Positions 36,146-47,961 of a DNA stretch of 64,000 nucleotides are shown piece by piece. This DNA comes from Lama guanicoe (taxonomy: Eukaryota). The position numbers and the translations under genes were made by a program. Each line of letters opens with the position of its first letter. The stretch's first letter is position 1. The notes under the pieces are model-generated. The model did no database searches. It saw only the letters and a program-made list of their open reading frames with translations, and was not told where the DNA came from. Location: contig MU053379.1 in assembly GCA_013239625.1 (NCBI GenBank), forward strand, positions 70,490 to 134,489. The letters run 5' to 3'.

Positions 36146-37518
36146 GTAATGTTGTTTTGCCAAGTGATACTTACCTTAAAATAAAATTGCATAACAATAA
36201 TACACAATAACCTGTATGTCTCCAAAAACTGAAAATGATTCCATCTGTGAGCCACAGTACTTTAAAATTATGTAGCACTTTAATGTGGAAACACTCCTTA
36301 AAACATTTTAATTTTCTTTAAGAAGGCGAAAACAAAACCGGACTTGATTCCTTGCTGCCAGAATGGATCAATGACAGAATCAAAATGACAGATTCTGTTT
36401 CCCCCACAGTATGTGGCCCAGAGCGTTACAGACCTGTGGCTTGGGATCCATTCCAATTGGCTGAAGCACTAAACCATCTTTCTAATAAAGTTGTTGTGCA
36501 GCTACCTTTGCTTTTATTTCCTCAGCACAAATATAGTTAAAGCTTCTGATACAGTTGTTTTTAGAAACCAAATGTTCCCAATAAAGGCCTCAAAGCGAAG
36601 GCCTCAGTTTTGTACTAACGGTTTCTTGGTTTCTTGGGTGCTGGAGTCTGGCACGGTCCTTACAGCCATGGAGTTCCTCGCACCGCTGGGGAACTTTTCT
36701 GATTTCCAGTTATTTGCATTTTCTTACATTATCTACTTCTTCGAAGTCTTTCAGCAGTTATAGTCCCGTTCACAGATGCCAGCACTTAATGCTCTAAGCC
36801 CTGAGTTGTTCTTTACATTTCGTCTTTTTTCTTCCATGAAATTAGCCTGAAGGCAGAGAGGCTTTTATATAAGGACCCTTCACCTGTAGTTCCCCACAAC
36901 CTCAGGGTGCAGTGTCAGATTGGTTTAATATCTAATGACAGTGCCTGTTTCTCCTTACTTTTGTGTAACTCTATGCCGTGTGCATCTCATTTACTTGCAG
37001 AAAGCATTAAAAAATCACCGCGTAGTGGTTCTAAGTGGAAATCTTCCTAGTTCCAAATTTTCTTGCACACTGGGAGATAGCAACCGATAGTGCAGAGGAA
37101 TTGAATCTGAGGGTTGACCAGCTGAGGCTGGGCGACATCGGTGCCTCGTCTGGTCTTGTTAGGATTATTTATGTAATTCAGGCAACAGCCCTCCAACTCC
37201 AGCTGACCTCCAGATGCTTCAAACTCAATATTGTTGCATAAGCTGTTAATTTAACACTTAAAAACTGTTGGTAAGGTTTGTAGGCTTCCACATTTGTATT
37301 CAGTGCTTTGAGTGTCTACCTTGTTTAGTTATTGTTAGGTTTTTGTTTATTTCTCTGGTGTCATTATTTCTGAGTTTTAGTGTTTGATGGAATGAGATTT
37401 CATAAGCTTTAAACTGTGGAATTAGTTCTCTCAAGTTTAGATTTTAATGTAAGAGCCAAATGGCATGCTGTATCTTTTTGTACTTAGAAGAGCTAACTTT
37501 GCCTTTTCTTTTTGATAG

Positions 37519-37607
37519 GTTCCTGATTACCCTCCAAACTATATTTTATTCCTTAATAACTTACCAGAAGAGACTAATGAGATGATGTTATCCATGCTGT
37601 TTAATCA
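37519..37607 (+). CDS. SNRPB2: U2 snRNP B'' exon 6 (start of RRM2)
   Basis: [29 protein letters not shown](Q); 89 nt; gatag| and |gtaagt. Confidence 0.97.
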
Positions 37608-38064
37608 GTAAGTTTTCTTTATAAGCAAGTCTGTTCTGAGAGCCCCCTGACAGGACGGTTGGCACTTCCGGGGTCGACTCCATCTGTGTGTCACGCGGCA
37701 GTAATCCCTCACAGCTTCATTGATTTGCTGCGGGATTAATCATGACTTGAAACCAGTCTGCAGATTTAGCAAATAAAGAGCTAAATTACGTCTGATGTTT
37801 GAATTAAGCAAAGCTTTGATGGGATGACAGAAATGGAATTAGTTTGCATGATTCCTGTCATTCTTTTCATGATATTAACTGTATTTTAGACTCTTTCTTC
37901 CTCCTCAGGATCCTTGGTAGGATATGATGCTTTTCCTGGACCAGTATCAGGAAGCTGCTTACAAATGTAACCACAGAATAGACTTGTATGCATGTGATGT
38001 CATTTACGTGTTTGCATATATGGAAATTGTTTACACGTGTAAGAATCCTTTTCCTTCTTTACAG

Positions 38065-38224
38065 GTTCCCTGGTTTCAAGGAAGTACGTCTAGTACCTGG
38101 GAGGCATGACATTGCTTTTGTTGAATTTGAAAATGACGGCCAGGCTGGGGCTGCCAGGGATGCGTTACAAGGGTTCAAGATCACGCCGTCCCACGCCATG
38201 AAGATCACGTACGCCAAGAAGTAA
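38065..38224 (+). CDS. SNRPB2: U2 snRNP B'' last coding exon
   Basis: (Q)[52 protein letters not shown]. Spliced CDS 64+173+141+51+89+160 = 678 nt = 225 aa plus stop. Confidence 0.98.
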
Positions 38225-38422
38225 CAGCTGGGACAGTTGCCTTCCAGGGACTGGGCGTTATTTATAGTTTTCATTTTGGTAACAGTTGCGTCAGGCCATT
38301 TTAATAGTTGTGTGTGGAGCAGGAGGGAGTATATGTGAAATTTTTGTAAAGGATTTTAAAGAATTACCTAGTCTTTGTTTAGCCTTAGTGAACTATGAAC
38401 TATGAAGGCCTTAATTTTGTAC

Positions 38423-38428
38423 AATAAA
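38423..38428 (+). terminator. SNRPB2: SNRPB2 polyadenylation signal
   Basis: AATAAA about 200 nt after the stop, preceded by TGTA and followed by U-rich sequence. Confidence 0.8.
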
Positions 38429-39769
38429 CTTTTATTTGTATTCTATACGTAACACTTCATTTATTGGCCCACTGACCTATCATCAGATGTTCATGCTGGT
38501 CTAGAGCGCATCTTAGGGCACATGAAAGTGTAATAGGATGCTTTCCTGCTGTTATTTTGGAGCGACTAATAGTAGAGAAACACTGAGCCGCTTTAATTAA
38601 AGGAGAGTTAGATCAAGCGCTTGGTAAGAGTTCTTATAATGTTTTCTGTGCATGTGAACTGCCAACCTGGAGTTAAGCTTTTTTTTTTTTTCTCTCGTGA
38701 ATGACTTATTAATGATAAAAATGCTCATCCTGGGTGTCGGAAGGAAACGAGGCCTGGGCGGGCTCTGGCGTTGTCTTCTTCAGATCAGTGAGCACAGTGT
38801 CCTGCCAGTAGGAGATGTTTCACAGGTCTTTCCATTCAGTTCTCAGTTTTGAATAAAGGTCATTTCAGAGTCACTGTATTCACTGTATTATGGGAAAACA
38901 AAAGGAACGAAGATACTGTCTTCAAACTTCACATTTTAGGCTCCTGCCCTCCTGGGGCAGAGCGTGCCTGGGAACTCCCTGCTCAGTCAGTACCAGCCGC
39001 TTTATGAAAGACCCCAGCAGAAGGGTTTTGTCAGGCTCATCTTTTTGAAGACCAGGAGGCCGACTTGGCAGAGGTGGTCAGTTCTGATCTTGCTGCTGCT
39101 TTGTGCTTCCTAGACACCAGTGCTCCAGTGTCTCCAAAGCTCATTTTCTGTAACATATGATTTCTACCTAAGAGTCAGTCCCTGTGGGTGTCTTTGGAAG
39201 TGGACAGTTTTTTGTATGGCTGGCACATGTTAAAGTGACACTGTTGACCACTTTTTGTGTTCCTGCTTTAATATTTCCTTGAACAAAACTTTTCCTTATC
39301 ACTTAGAACTTTTCTGTGTATTTATGGAATATATATGGGATGTTATGGAAAGATTGCTTTTAGACTTAGGTAGACTGTTCTCACATCACTTGTGTGTATG
39401 TAAGGAAGAAAGAGAATAATTTTTATTTCTTAAACTTTGTGACATGCAGAGGCTGACTCCTGTAAATAACTGTAACCTACTTGTCCAATTCCTGTACGTC
39501 CATAAGGCATATTGACAGTGAGCTGCCAGGAGAAGGACCGTGCTCTTGCGTGCTAACAGCAGTGCCGACTGCTAGTACATTTTCTAGCTGCTCGCCGTCA
39601 GTGACCGTCCTTAGCTCGTCTCAGAACAGAAAGTGGCCCCGCTTTGAGTGGCGGTCTGGGAGGAAGCAGGTCACAGAGGCTGGGGTGGGAGGGTGGGAGG
39701 CGGAGGTGGGGCTCATGGAGGCCCTTTTTCTGGGCTTGCTTACTCTGAACTGGAGAACTGTTACAGGAT

Positions 39770-40130
39770 TTTTAAAATCGAGTTACTTACATGTAATGAC
39801 ATTCCCCAGTTAGAGTTCAGTTTGATGAGTTTTGGCAATTGTGTACAGTTGTGTCATGGCCAAGACAGAGCATCCTATCACCCCTCAAAAGCAAGGGCTC
39901 CCTTGTGCCCCCGACCCTCAGCCACCACTGGCCTGCTCTGTGTCACTCCGTTGTGCCCTGTCTAGAAAGCTTTTGACGGTCATCTCTGCTGTGTGCATCA
40001 GCAGTTTTCTGCCAGTGGGTGGGCCTTTGGGTTATTTCCAGTCTGGGTCTATTATGAATAAAGTGGCCTGAACATTCACAGACAAGTCTGTGGACATAGG
40101 TTCTGTTAGAAGATTTCGAGCGGAGTTGAT
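39770..40130 (-). mobile_element. Old L1M fragment
   Basis: cagtttgatgagttttggcaattgtgtacagttgtg ... tttgggttatttccagtctgggtctattatgaataaag. Confidence 0.65.
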
Positions 40131-40216
40131 GACTGATTACTTCTGAAAGCTTTTTGATAAAATCTCCAGTTTATATAAAAGTGGCCAAAATAGAGCTCCC
40201 GTAAACCTTTTTGAAC

Positions 40217-40729
40217 TGTCAGTGGGGGGGAAATTTCTCCCTCTACCTCTCTTGAGTTCTTGTGACTGGACTAATAATAAATTTGACACAAAACAGAGTA
40301 ACAGGAGAAAAACACATTTTAATTTGTGTGCACAGAGATGTCATAGAAATGGGTCCTAAGTATATAGTGGCCAAAGCAGGCAGCTTTTATATGTTTTAGA
40401 GAAACAAAAAGTAAAGGTGAAGTGACAGGGCAAAGAAACCTGGGTTTGGGAAACTCAGTTAGTGAAGCATCCAAACAGTTTGGCCCTGAGATAGTAAATT
40501 AAAGAAGTAACAAGGTTTGTTTCTACAGGCTTCTTGACTGAATTCCCGATCTGTTCTACCTCCAGATGCGGGGGGTGCACCTTTCACATGAGAGATGTAT
40601 TTTCTGCTTTCTGGGACAGAAAGGAGGGTCAAAGTGTCACTCTTTCATTGGCAGTTTCTTAAGTAACCATTCAAAAGAATCAATATGCCATTGTGGCTTA
40701 TTTTAGGGAAGCCCCCCTGAGACCCAACA
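40217..40729 (-). mobile_element. ERV1-type solo LTR (513 bp)
   Basis: TG...CA termini with a perfect 4-bp TSD GAAC (40213-40216, 40730-40733); cttttata (TATAAAAG on the minus strand) near 40384. Confidence 0.8.
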
Positions 40730-41902
40730 GAACCGTTTGAGAGTGTGTTGACCTGGTTGCTTGTTATCCCTTAATGCTTGAGTGTGAATTCCTTGGTATA
40801 AGACCTCTCTTCCACGTGACTTCTAGATGACCAGCACCATCAGGAGATAACATTAATTCAATTTACTTGTGACCCAGGAATCCAATCCAGAATCATGTGC
40901 TGAGTGTAGCTGTCATGTCTTTTCAGCCTCCTGTCAGGTCCTCAGCCTGTCCTCACCTTTCACGATCTTAATTTTATACAGTGATGTCATATCTCTGTAT
41001 CTATGGGTATTTCTATACAATTACATTAAAATGAATTTACAGCAGCATCTCTGATTGCAGGCCCGCAGCACGAGGTTATTCTGGCCTCTCCCTCTCCTTG
41101 TAACTCTCTTCTCCATCAATCCCAGTGTATCCACTAGCTGCAGTCTGAAGAAGATTCCATCAAACTAGGATCTCCTGAGCATCCCCGCCTTACTCACCTG
41201 TAGGAGTGGGAGCTGGGCAGAGTGCCTGGGGAGAGTAGAAGTTGCTATCCATCTAGTGGAGATGTTCTCAGCTCCGAATTTAACCTTCAACTTTGGCTGC
41301 GTGTTGGAATCATCTGGGAAATATTTTCAGATGCCCAGGCCTAACCTACCCCCGTATCCATTAAACCCCACCTCTAGGGGTGAGACCCAGTCGTCGGTGT
41401 TTCTCAAGCTCCCCGAGTGATCGCAATGTTGAGTCAACGTTAAGAGCTAACAAAGCAGGTTTCTGCCTTTATGACGCAGGTTATAATGATTAGACTATTA
41501 GTTCCAACTGTAGTGTCCAAAGGCCGTCTGCTGACGAACAGAAGATAGTGTCAAAATGAGAGCTGCTGTGAGGGGCCCACATCTCCATGTTTAAGTTTTG
41601 AAGTGTTTTCTGTTTGAGTGTTTAACGGGAAATGTATCCAGAAAACACTGACGGCAAACGTGAAGTCCTGGCTCAAAACTTGTTCCGTATCTGGTTTGCT
41701 CTCAAGCAGCACTTTTTTCAAGCTTTGATACTCACATGAATCGCTTGTGCATCTTGTTAAAAAGTAGATTCCGATTTTGCAGGTTTAGGGTGCGGTCTGA
41801 GAGGCTTTATTTCTGTAAAGTGATGCTAAAGTTGCTGGTCTGGGAGCCATACTTCAGTGGCAAGACCTCAGCATCTCTGCCCTAATCATTTAGTCAACGA
41901 GT

Positions 41903-41990
41903 CTTTTTTTTTAACTTTTTTTTTTTTTTAATGGAGGCACTGGGGATTGAACTCAGGGCCTTGTGCGTGCTAAGCACCTACCCGAGGCAA
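41903..41990 (-). mobile_element. Camelid SINE, truncated
   Basis: T tract followed by ggaggcactggggattgaactcagggcc; near-TSD AACGAGTCTT/AATGAGTCTT. Confidence 0.75.
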
Positions 41991-42022
41991 TGAGTCTTAA
42001 TTTGAAGGGTGCTATGAATTGC

Positions 42023-42142
42023 TTTTTGTATTCCTAATTTAAAAAATTAAATTTGGGGGGTAATTAGGTTTATTTACCTTTCAGAGGAGGTAATGAGAAT
42101 TGAACCCGGGACCTCGTACCACTTGAGCTATACCCTCCCCCC
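42023..42142 (-). mobile_element. Camelid SINE with internal deletion
   Basis: gggggtaattaggtttattt...gaattgaacccgggacctcg-taccacttgagctataccctcccc; near-TSD TGAATTGCTTTTT/TGAATTTCTTTTT. Confidence 0.8.
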
Positions 42143-42249
42143 TTGAATTTCTTTTTAAATCTGATAAAACCTAGGGACTTTCCCCAGAAGATAAAATACG
42201 CATAAGTGCCTGTACACACCTAAGCATACGATTTCAGGGGGCTCGTGTT

Positions 42250-42700
42250 CATTCAACAGGTAGCCACTTAGGAGCCTGAGTATTTTTCTGGGTGCTAGTG
42301 AGAGACTGACGGACAAGACAGAGACAGCCCCCACCTTGTGGAGTTTTCAGTGTGGGGTCGGGACAAACCACCACCAAGTTAAACAAGGCACATCAGATAG
42401 GGCATCAGAACAGGGTGCCACGTAATGGTCACGTGATGGCCCGGTTATGTTGAAGGAGTGAGGGAGTGGCTCTAACTGGTCTGTCGGTGGAGACATCTTG
42501 ACTGGAGACCTGAAGACCAGAGTCTGGAAGAACAGCATCCCAGGCAATAAGCCCGGAGGCCCTGAGTCTGAGATGCGCTGCGAATTTTCAAAAGATGGAG
42601 CGGCTGGTGTGGTGGGAACAGAGCCATTGAGGGAGAGTGACAGAAGGTGACTTCAGAGGGGCCAGATCACACGAGGCCTTGTACATCAGGGTGAGGAGGC
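42250..42700 (-). mobile_element. L2 fragment
   Basis: cattcaaca...gacagcccccaccttgtggagttttcagt...gaagaacagcatcccaggca...gggccagatcacacgaggccttgt. Confidence 0.65.
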
Positions 42701-42967
42701 TGCTTCCCGCCTGTGGACTGGGCCAAGCCCATTTTTGGACCCTGACAGAGCCATGGCTTCCATTTTAAGAATTCCAGACTGAGAAGCTCATTTAGGAACT
42801 AAAGAAAAAAAAAAGGTCTTTGGGGATTAAAGGCTCTGAGAATCCGTCTGAAAATCCAGAGGAAGGAGGCAAGCAAGCTCAGGACAGAGCCCTTCTCTGA
42901 ACCCCCCAGTGTGCAGTGACCCGAGTGTCCCGCCAGGCACGACAGCTTGCTGAGTTATTGTCAAGTC

Positions 42968-43092
42968 TTTTTCTTTGGGGGAGGGGAGACGATGAGGTGT
43001 CCACTTATTTATTTCAATGGCAGTTCTGGGGACTGAACCCAGAACTTTGTGCATGCTAAGCATGCACTCTTCACTGAGCTCTGCCCTCCCTT
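42968..43092 (-). mobile_element. Camelid SINE
   Basis: ctggggactgaacccagaactttgtgcatgctaagcatgcactcttcactgagctctgccctccc. Confidence 0.8.
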
Positions 43093-44821
43093 CCCTGTAA
43101 GTTTGAATTCCTACTTGTGAACAAAGTTTTACAAAAAGGCCTCTGGTCTTCACCCCCATCTCTGCCCCACTGCAGAACACAAAGACATCCCAGGCCGGCC
43201 CAGGAAGCGCTCAGAAGGCTGGGAATCTCTTTTCTTAATTCTCCACCTTCAAATGGCCCATAATGGCCTTGTGTTAGCATCAGCTTAGTTGGCTAAGCTG
43301 TCATGACAACATGTGGCTTCATTCAGGGTTCCGTTCTGCTCTGGGGGGCCTGCCTGCCACGTGGCCATCTGAGTTGGCGCAGTCCCCATTTCTGAAATTG
43401 CCTCTTAAATAGCAATTGTCTTTTAACTCTCCTGTGTTTATGCTGGCTGGAGGCCTGAAGTCCGTGACACAGCGGCCTGCTCAGGATTCAGAAGATTAAT
43501 CAACACCGTCATTTTCTGAGAGACCCTCTTAGGCTCCTAGATTACAGGAAGGACAAATGTACTGACATTCTGCTTGCAAAAGTGATTTCTAACTCACCCT
43601 TCCCTTGGAGTGAAACAGGAAGTAAAGGACTTGAAACTCCAATTCTAAGTTGTCGGGGTGCGTGGGAACAGCCCAGGGCCACAGTCCTGCTGGGTGACCT
43701 TTAGGTGGGGCGGTTAAGAAAGGCGTCTCTGGCCTGGGCTGGGCCTCAGCTTCCTCGCCTGTAATGAAGATAATGAATTAAACAAGGTTCCAAATCAGAG
43801 CCAGCTGTGGAGAAAAGCCTCTCTGAAAATAACCCCCCCACCGCCCCCACACCACACACACCCAGACAGCACAGCCGTACTGCCTGCGCACACCCCCCAA
43901 AACCATCGGACTATTAAATTCATACTATAGGTGCATTTTGCTTCACCAGTTCATCCCTTGGAAAACTGTTCTGCCCCTATTTTGGACGTAGAAAAGTCCT
44001 CCCTCATTTTTTGAGGTGATCACATCTTGGGGGAGGGTGGAGGGGGTTCTGCTCTAAAACCTTACCATCCGGCAAGTTGGGCAGTGTATCCTGACAGGGC
44101 CTCTATGCTAGAAATAATGGGGGCCCCTAATGAGGGAGGAGCAGCCCCAGAGCCCCTACAACAAGCAGCAGCTTACTGTCTCTTTGTCCCAGTAGAAAGT
44201 AAGCCCTTGGGGCCAGGGCCTCTTACAATTCACTGCTGTATTTCTAGTTTCTAGAACAGGGCCTGCCACATAGCAGGTGCTCAGTGAGTATTGCTCACTA
44301 GCTGGAGCCAGTATGAGCCCTTGAACATTGCTGGCTTGTAGCAGGGCCCCTCTTTCCACTGGAAAGAGGTCAGGAAGCAGGCAAGGTGGGCATGGGGGCC
44401 CAGGGAGGAACACCAGCCTCCTGATTTACCCCCTTCTCTGTGAGCCATGAGCATTTTGAGACTGAATTTCAGAAGTCTCAGAAAGAGGAGGCAGAAAAAA
44501 AATCCTGTTCCACTTTTTCCCAACCCACCCACCACTTCCTTTCCCCATTAGTAGGGTCTGGATATGACAAGAGCTAGTGTGTGACAGCCCTTGTCTGCCC
44601 AGGACAGACGCAACTCCTAAGAATCCTATCTTAAGTGATTTGTAAACGTGAGCATCCTTTACTTCTCTGTTATGTAGACCCAGATGTTCATTAAATGTTT
44701 AAATCAAAATTATTTGTATTAAGAATATAGAACTCACATTTTCACCAGACTCCTACAGTTAGTGTATCTTTGCTCACAAGTTGAAAGAATATGAGGGTTG
44801 AACTAAAAAGAAAATTTTTTT

Positions 44822-45353
44822 AATGTCCATCAACAGATGACTAGATAAAGAAGCATTCGTGCATTTATACAATGGAATACTACTCAGCCATAAAAAAGAC
44901 TAAAATAATGCCATTTACGGCAACATGGATGGACCTGGAGATTGTCATTCTAAGTGAAGTAAGCCAGAAAGAGAAAAAAAAATACCATATGATATCATTC
45001 ATATATGGACTCTAAACAAAGGAAAAAGAAGACACTAATGAACTATCTACAAAACAGAAAAAGACTCACAGACATAGTAAACAAACTTACGGTTACCAGG
45101 GTTGGGGGAAGTGGGTGGGAAGGAATAAATTGGAAGCTCAAGATTTGCAAATATTAACTACTACATATGAAATAGATAAACAATAAGTTTCTTCTGTATA
45201 GCACAGTGAACTATATTCAATACCTTGTAGTAACCGATAATAAAAAAGAATATGAAAATGAATATATATATATGTATACGTATGACTGAACTATTATGCT
45301 GTACCTCAGAAATTGACACAACACTGTAAACTGACAATACTTCAATTAAAAAA
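44822..45353 (+). mobile_element. Young L1 3' fragment just upstream of OTOR
   Basis: aatgtccatcaacagatga...caatggaatactactcagccataaaaaag...atggatggacctggag (end of ORF2), then a 3' UTR ending caatacttcaattaaaaaa. Confidence 0.9.
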
Positions 45354-45577
45354 TATTTTTAAATGACTTAAAATTCTCAGAGTTCTTTCAACAACGTCTT
45401 CCTGATGCAATAAATTACAGCTAAAGTGACTTTAGCAATGGTGGACCATTTGAGATACCATTTATGTGTAAAAGAGACATAAAAAAGTCCAAAGATTTTC
45501 TTTGGAAAATCAGATGCTAAATAGCCCCTGGGGTCCAGTAGCTGTTATGAAAGCAGAGGAGTGGAAGTCACCTCCCC

Positions 45578-45620
45578 ATTGGCCGAGGACTCACCCAGAT
45601 GTCTGGCTTTCACATAAAAG
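45578..45620 (+). promoter_or_regulatory. OTOR: OTOR core promoter candidate (inverted CCAAT plus TATA-like CATAAAA)
   Basis: ATTGG at 45578-45582 and CATAAAAG at 45613-45620, about 75 nt upstream of the ATG. Confidence 0.55.
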
Positions 45621-45688
45621 ACAGGAAGCAGCGAAGTCAGCCTCCACTTCCACTCAAAGGGCGAAAGCAAAAACAGCAAAAAAGGAAG

Positions 45689-45803
45689 ATGGCAAGCCGG
45701 TGGTTACTCTTCCTCCCAGGGCTTGTGGCGGTATGTGCCGTGCACGGGATATTTATGGACAGACTTGCCTCCAAGAAGCTGTGTGCAGATGACGAGTGTG
45801 TCT
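45689..45803 (+). CDS. OTOR: Otoraplin exon 1 (signal peptide)
   Basis: aagATGG; MASRWLLFLPGLVAVCAVHGIFMDRLASKKLCADDECV; donor gtaagg at 45804. Confidence 0.97.
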
Positions 45804-46162
45804 GTAAGGACTTTTTTATGCCTTTCATTACCTTTCTATTATATAATTGGAAAAAATGTCCACTAAGAGCATAGAATCTGATTGTACTTTGAGCTGAATC
45901 TTCTCTAATGTGTATGAGATTAGCATCATTTCTCCTGGTCTGTGCCTTTTGTATATCACAATGAAGAATTTACTTGGCTAAGATTCTGATGGATGCAGCT
46001 TTAATACCTTATCTTACTCTCCTGGAATTGAACTTGAGCTGGGAGGCGTTAGTCCCTCTGATTACCTAGTGCTCTAATATGCTTTGCCTTTTTACTGTTA
46101 TAAAATCCAGGAGCCAATACTTTTCTCTACTAGATATTTATTTCAATGTATTTTTCTTCCAG

Positions 46163-46302
46163 ATACTATTTCTCTGGCCAGAGCTCAAGAAGATTACAAT
46201 GCCCCAGACTGTAGATTCATTAATGTCAAAAAAGGGCAGCGGATCTATGTTTACTCAAAGCTGGTAAAAGAAAATGAAGCTGGAGAATTTTGGGCTGGCA
46301 GT
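46163..46302 (+). CDS. OTOR: Otoraplin exon 2 (SH3-like MIA domain)
   Basis: YTISLARAQEDYNAPDCRFINVKKGQRIYVYSKLVKENEAGEFWAGS; 140 nt; ttccag| and |gtaaga. Confidence 0.98.
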
Positions 46303-47221
46303 GTAAGACAAGATAATTAAAAATATATACACAGCTTGACATATGTTGCTCTTAATTTTTCCCCTATTTCCTATCTTCTGTGCCGTTTAATGTTTAAAAC
46401 TAGCCATTAAGAACAATGCAGCGGTTGTGGAGGCAAGTGCGAAAATTTGTGTGTATTTGCTTTTTATTGCATTTTGAGGAAACAAAGAAAATTTCATAAC
46501 AAAACCAAATGTAGGTTGATTTGATGTCTTGGCAAGAAAAACTAGTCAAACACATGGGGGCTTGAATATCCCAAAGAGTCTGAACCTCATTCAAAAATAT
46601 TCGAGTGGATTTGCCAAGTAAAAGGCATGTGTGCTGGCAGTCAGTCTACGTTTCAATATTTTTAAGGAAACTTTAGCACCCTCTTTGATTCCAAAGAATC
46701 TGCTTTCTTATGTTAAAATATGCAGGGGTGGGCCCTGGGGAAGGATGAAGAAGAATTGATTTTCTGTCCTCAACTGCAGCCCCACAGATAGATTCTTGTC
46801 AAGAAGAATGAAATATTAAATTCACTCAGGTATCTGTTCATTTGAATTTTTAAAAACTGAAACAGTCCTTTGAAAGTCTTTTGAAATAACAGTGTCTATT
46901 CACTTAGGGAAAAAAAAAAGGTACAGACTTTTTTTTTATGGGTTCCAAAAAAGATTTCAGGCAGCTCACAGGACTGCATACAGTAAAGGAATGGTTGAGT
47001 AGTTAGACTAGTCAGAGAGGCCACAGAAGACATGATGCACAATTTCTGTGGGCTGACTTAATTGCCGTTAAGTGAACTTCAAATTTGGGTCTGAGCTCCC
47101 CCAGAATCCAGCCTGAAAGCAAGGCATTGGTGGTTATCCAATTCTCATGGACAGCAGAGAGGATGCCTGAGTGTTTCTGGAAGACTCACATCAGCTTTCT
47201 GTTACACTTCTGGGCACTCAG

Positions 47222-47332
47222 GTGTATGGCGATCAGCAGGAGGACGAGATGGGAACCGTGGGTTATTTCCCCCGCAACTTGGTCCAGGAGCAACATGTGT
47301 ACCAGGAAGCCACCAAGGAAGTCCCCACCACG
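47222..47332 (+). CDS. OTOR: Otoraplin exon 3
   Basis: VYGDQQEDEMGTVGYFPRNLVQEQHVYQEATKEVPTT; 111 nt; ctcag| and |gtaagc. Confidence 0.97.
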
Positions 47333-47476
47333 GTAAGCATCTCTGGGGACCAGAGGAGGACTCAGATCTTGGGGTGATGTAGATGTAGGAGGGTGTTAGA
47401 AATGCGTCATGCAATTTACAAGATGCATCAAGCAAAGCCCCCCCACTTCCAGTGGTGGCATCTCTGAGATTTGGGC

Positions 47477-47961
47477 TGTCGACTGAAATAAATCACACAA
47501 TGTGAAAGTTAAGTTTTATTTGGGGCAAAATGAGGACTATTGCCCAGGAGACAGCATCCCAGAAAGTTCTGAGAAACTGTTGCAAAGAGGCAGGGGGAAA
47601 ACTCAGTAGTACCTATGATTTCACTGAAGAGGGTACATGCTTTCAAGCACACGCTTAGAGATAGGCTTGCTGCTGGTCACCGTTAATGGCGTTGGTGCTT
47701 TTCTAGATATGAGGAGGTGCGAGACTTGGGTCCATAAGTTTTTCTCCTGAAAATATCTGACGATCTGAAGATCTGCTCAGCCAGTTTTCCCAGAACACAG
47801 AGCGCCCCATTCCTGATCTCTGCCCTGAGCTGCTTTCAGGGAGTGTTGGAGGTCAGCAGCTTCGGTGTCTCGTGATTTAATCCAAGCAGAGTTAAATGGC
47901 AAGTGCCAACATGATACAATCCTTGTAGAGGCAGATGGCAAGCGCCAAGTTTTAGCTAGCA
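47477..47961 (-). mobile_element. ERV1 solo LTR, MER41-like, in OTOR intron 3
   Basis: TG...CA termini; near-TSD GGGC/GGGG; minus-strand AATAAA at 47515-47520; tgtcgactgaaa...aagttttatttgg...ggagacagcatc resembles artiodactyl MER41-like LTRs as I recall them. Confidence 0.75.

Noticed and set aside
38225..38430. U1A-style autoregulatory element (AUUGCAC / AUUGCAG boxes) in the SNRPB2 3' UTR
   Set aside because: No such box found; only TTTGTAC next to the PAS, better explained as a UGUA upstream element.
45599..45688. In-frame upstream ATG giving an N-terminally extended OTOR
   Set aside because: It lies upstream of the TATA-like box, so is probably not transcribed, and it would bury the signal peptide; the ATG at 45689 matches the known N-terminus.
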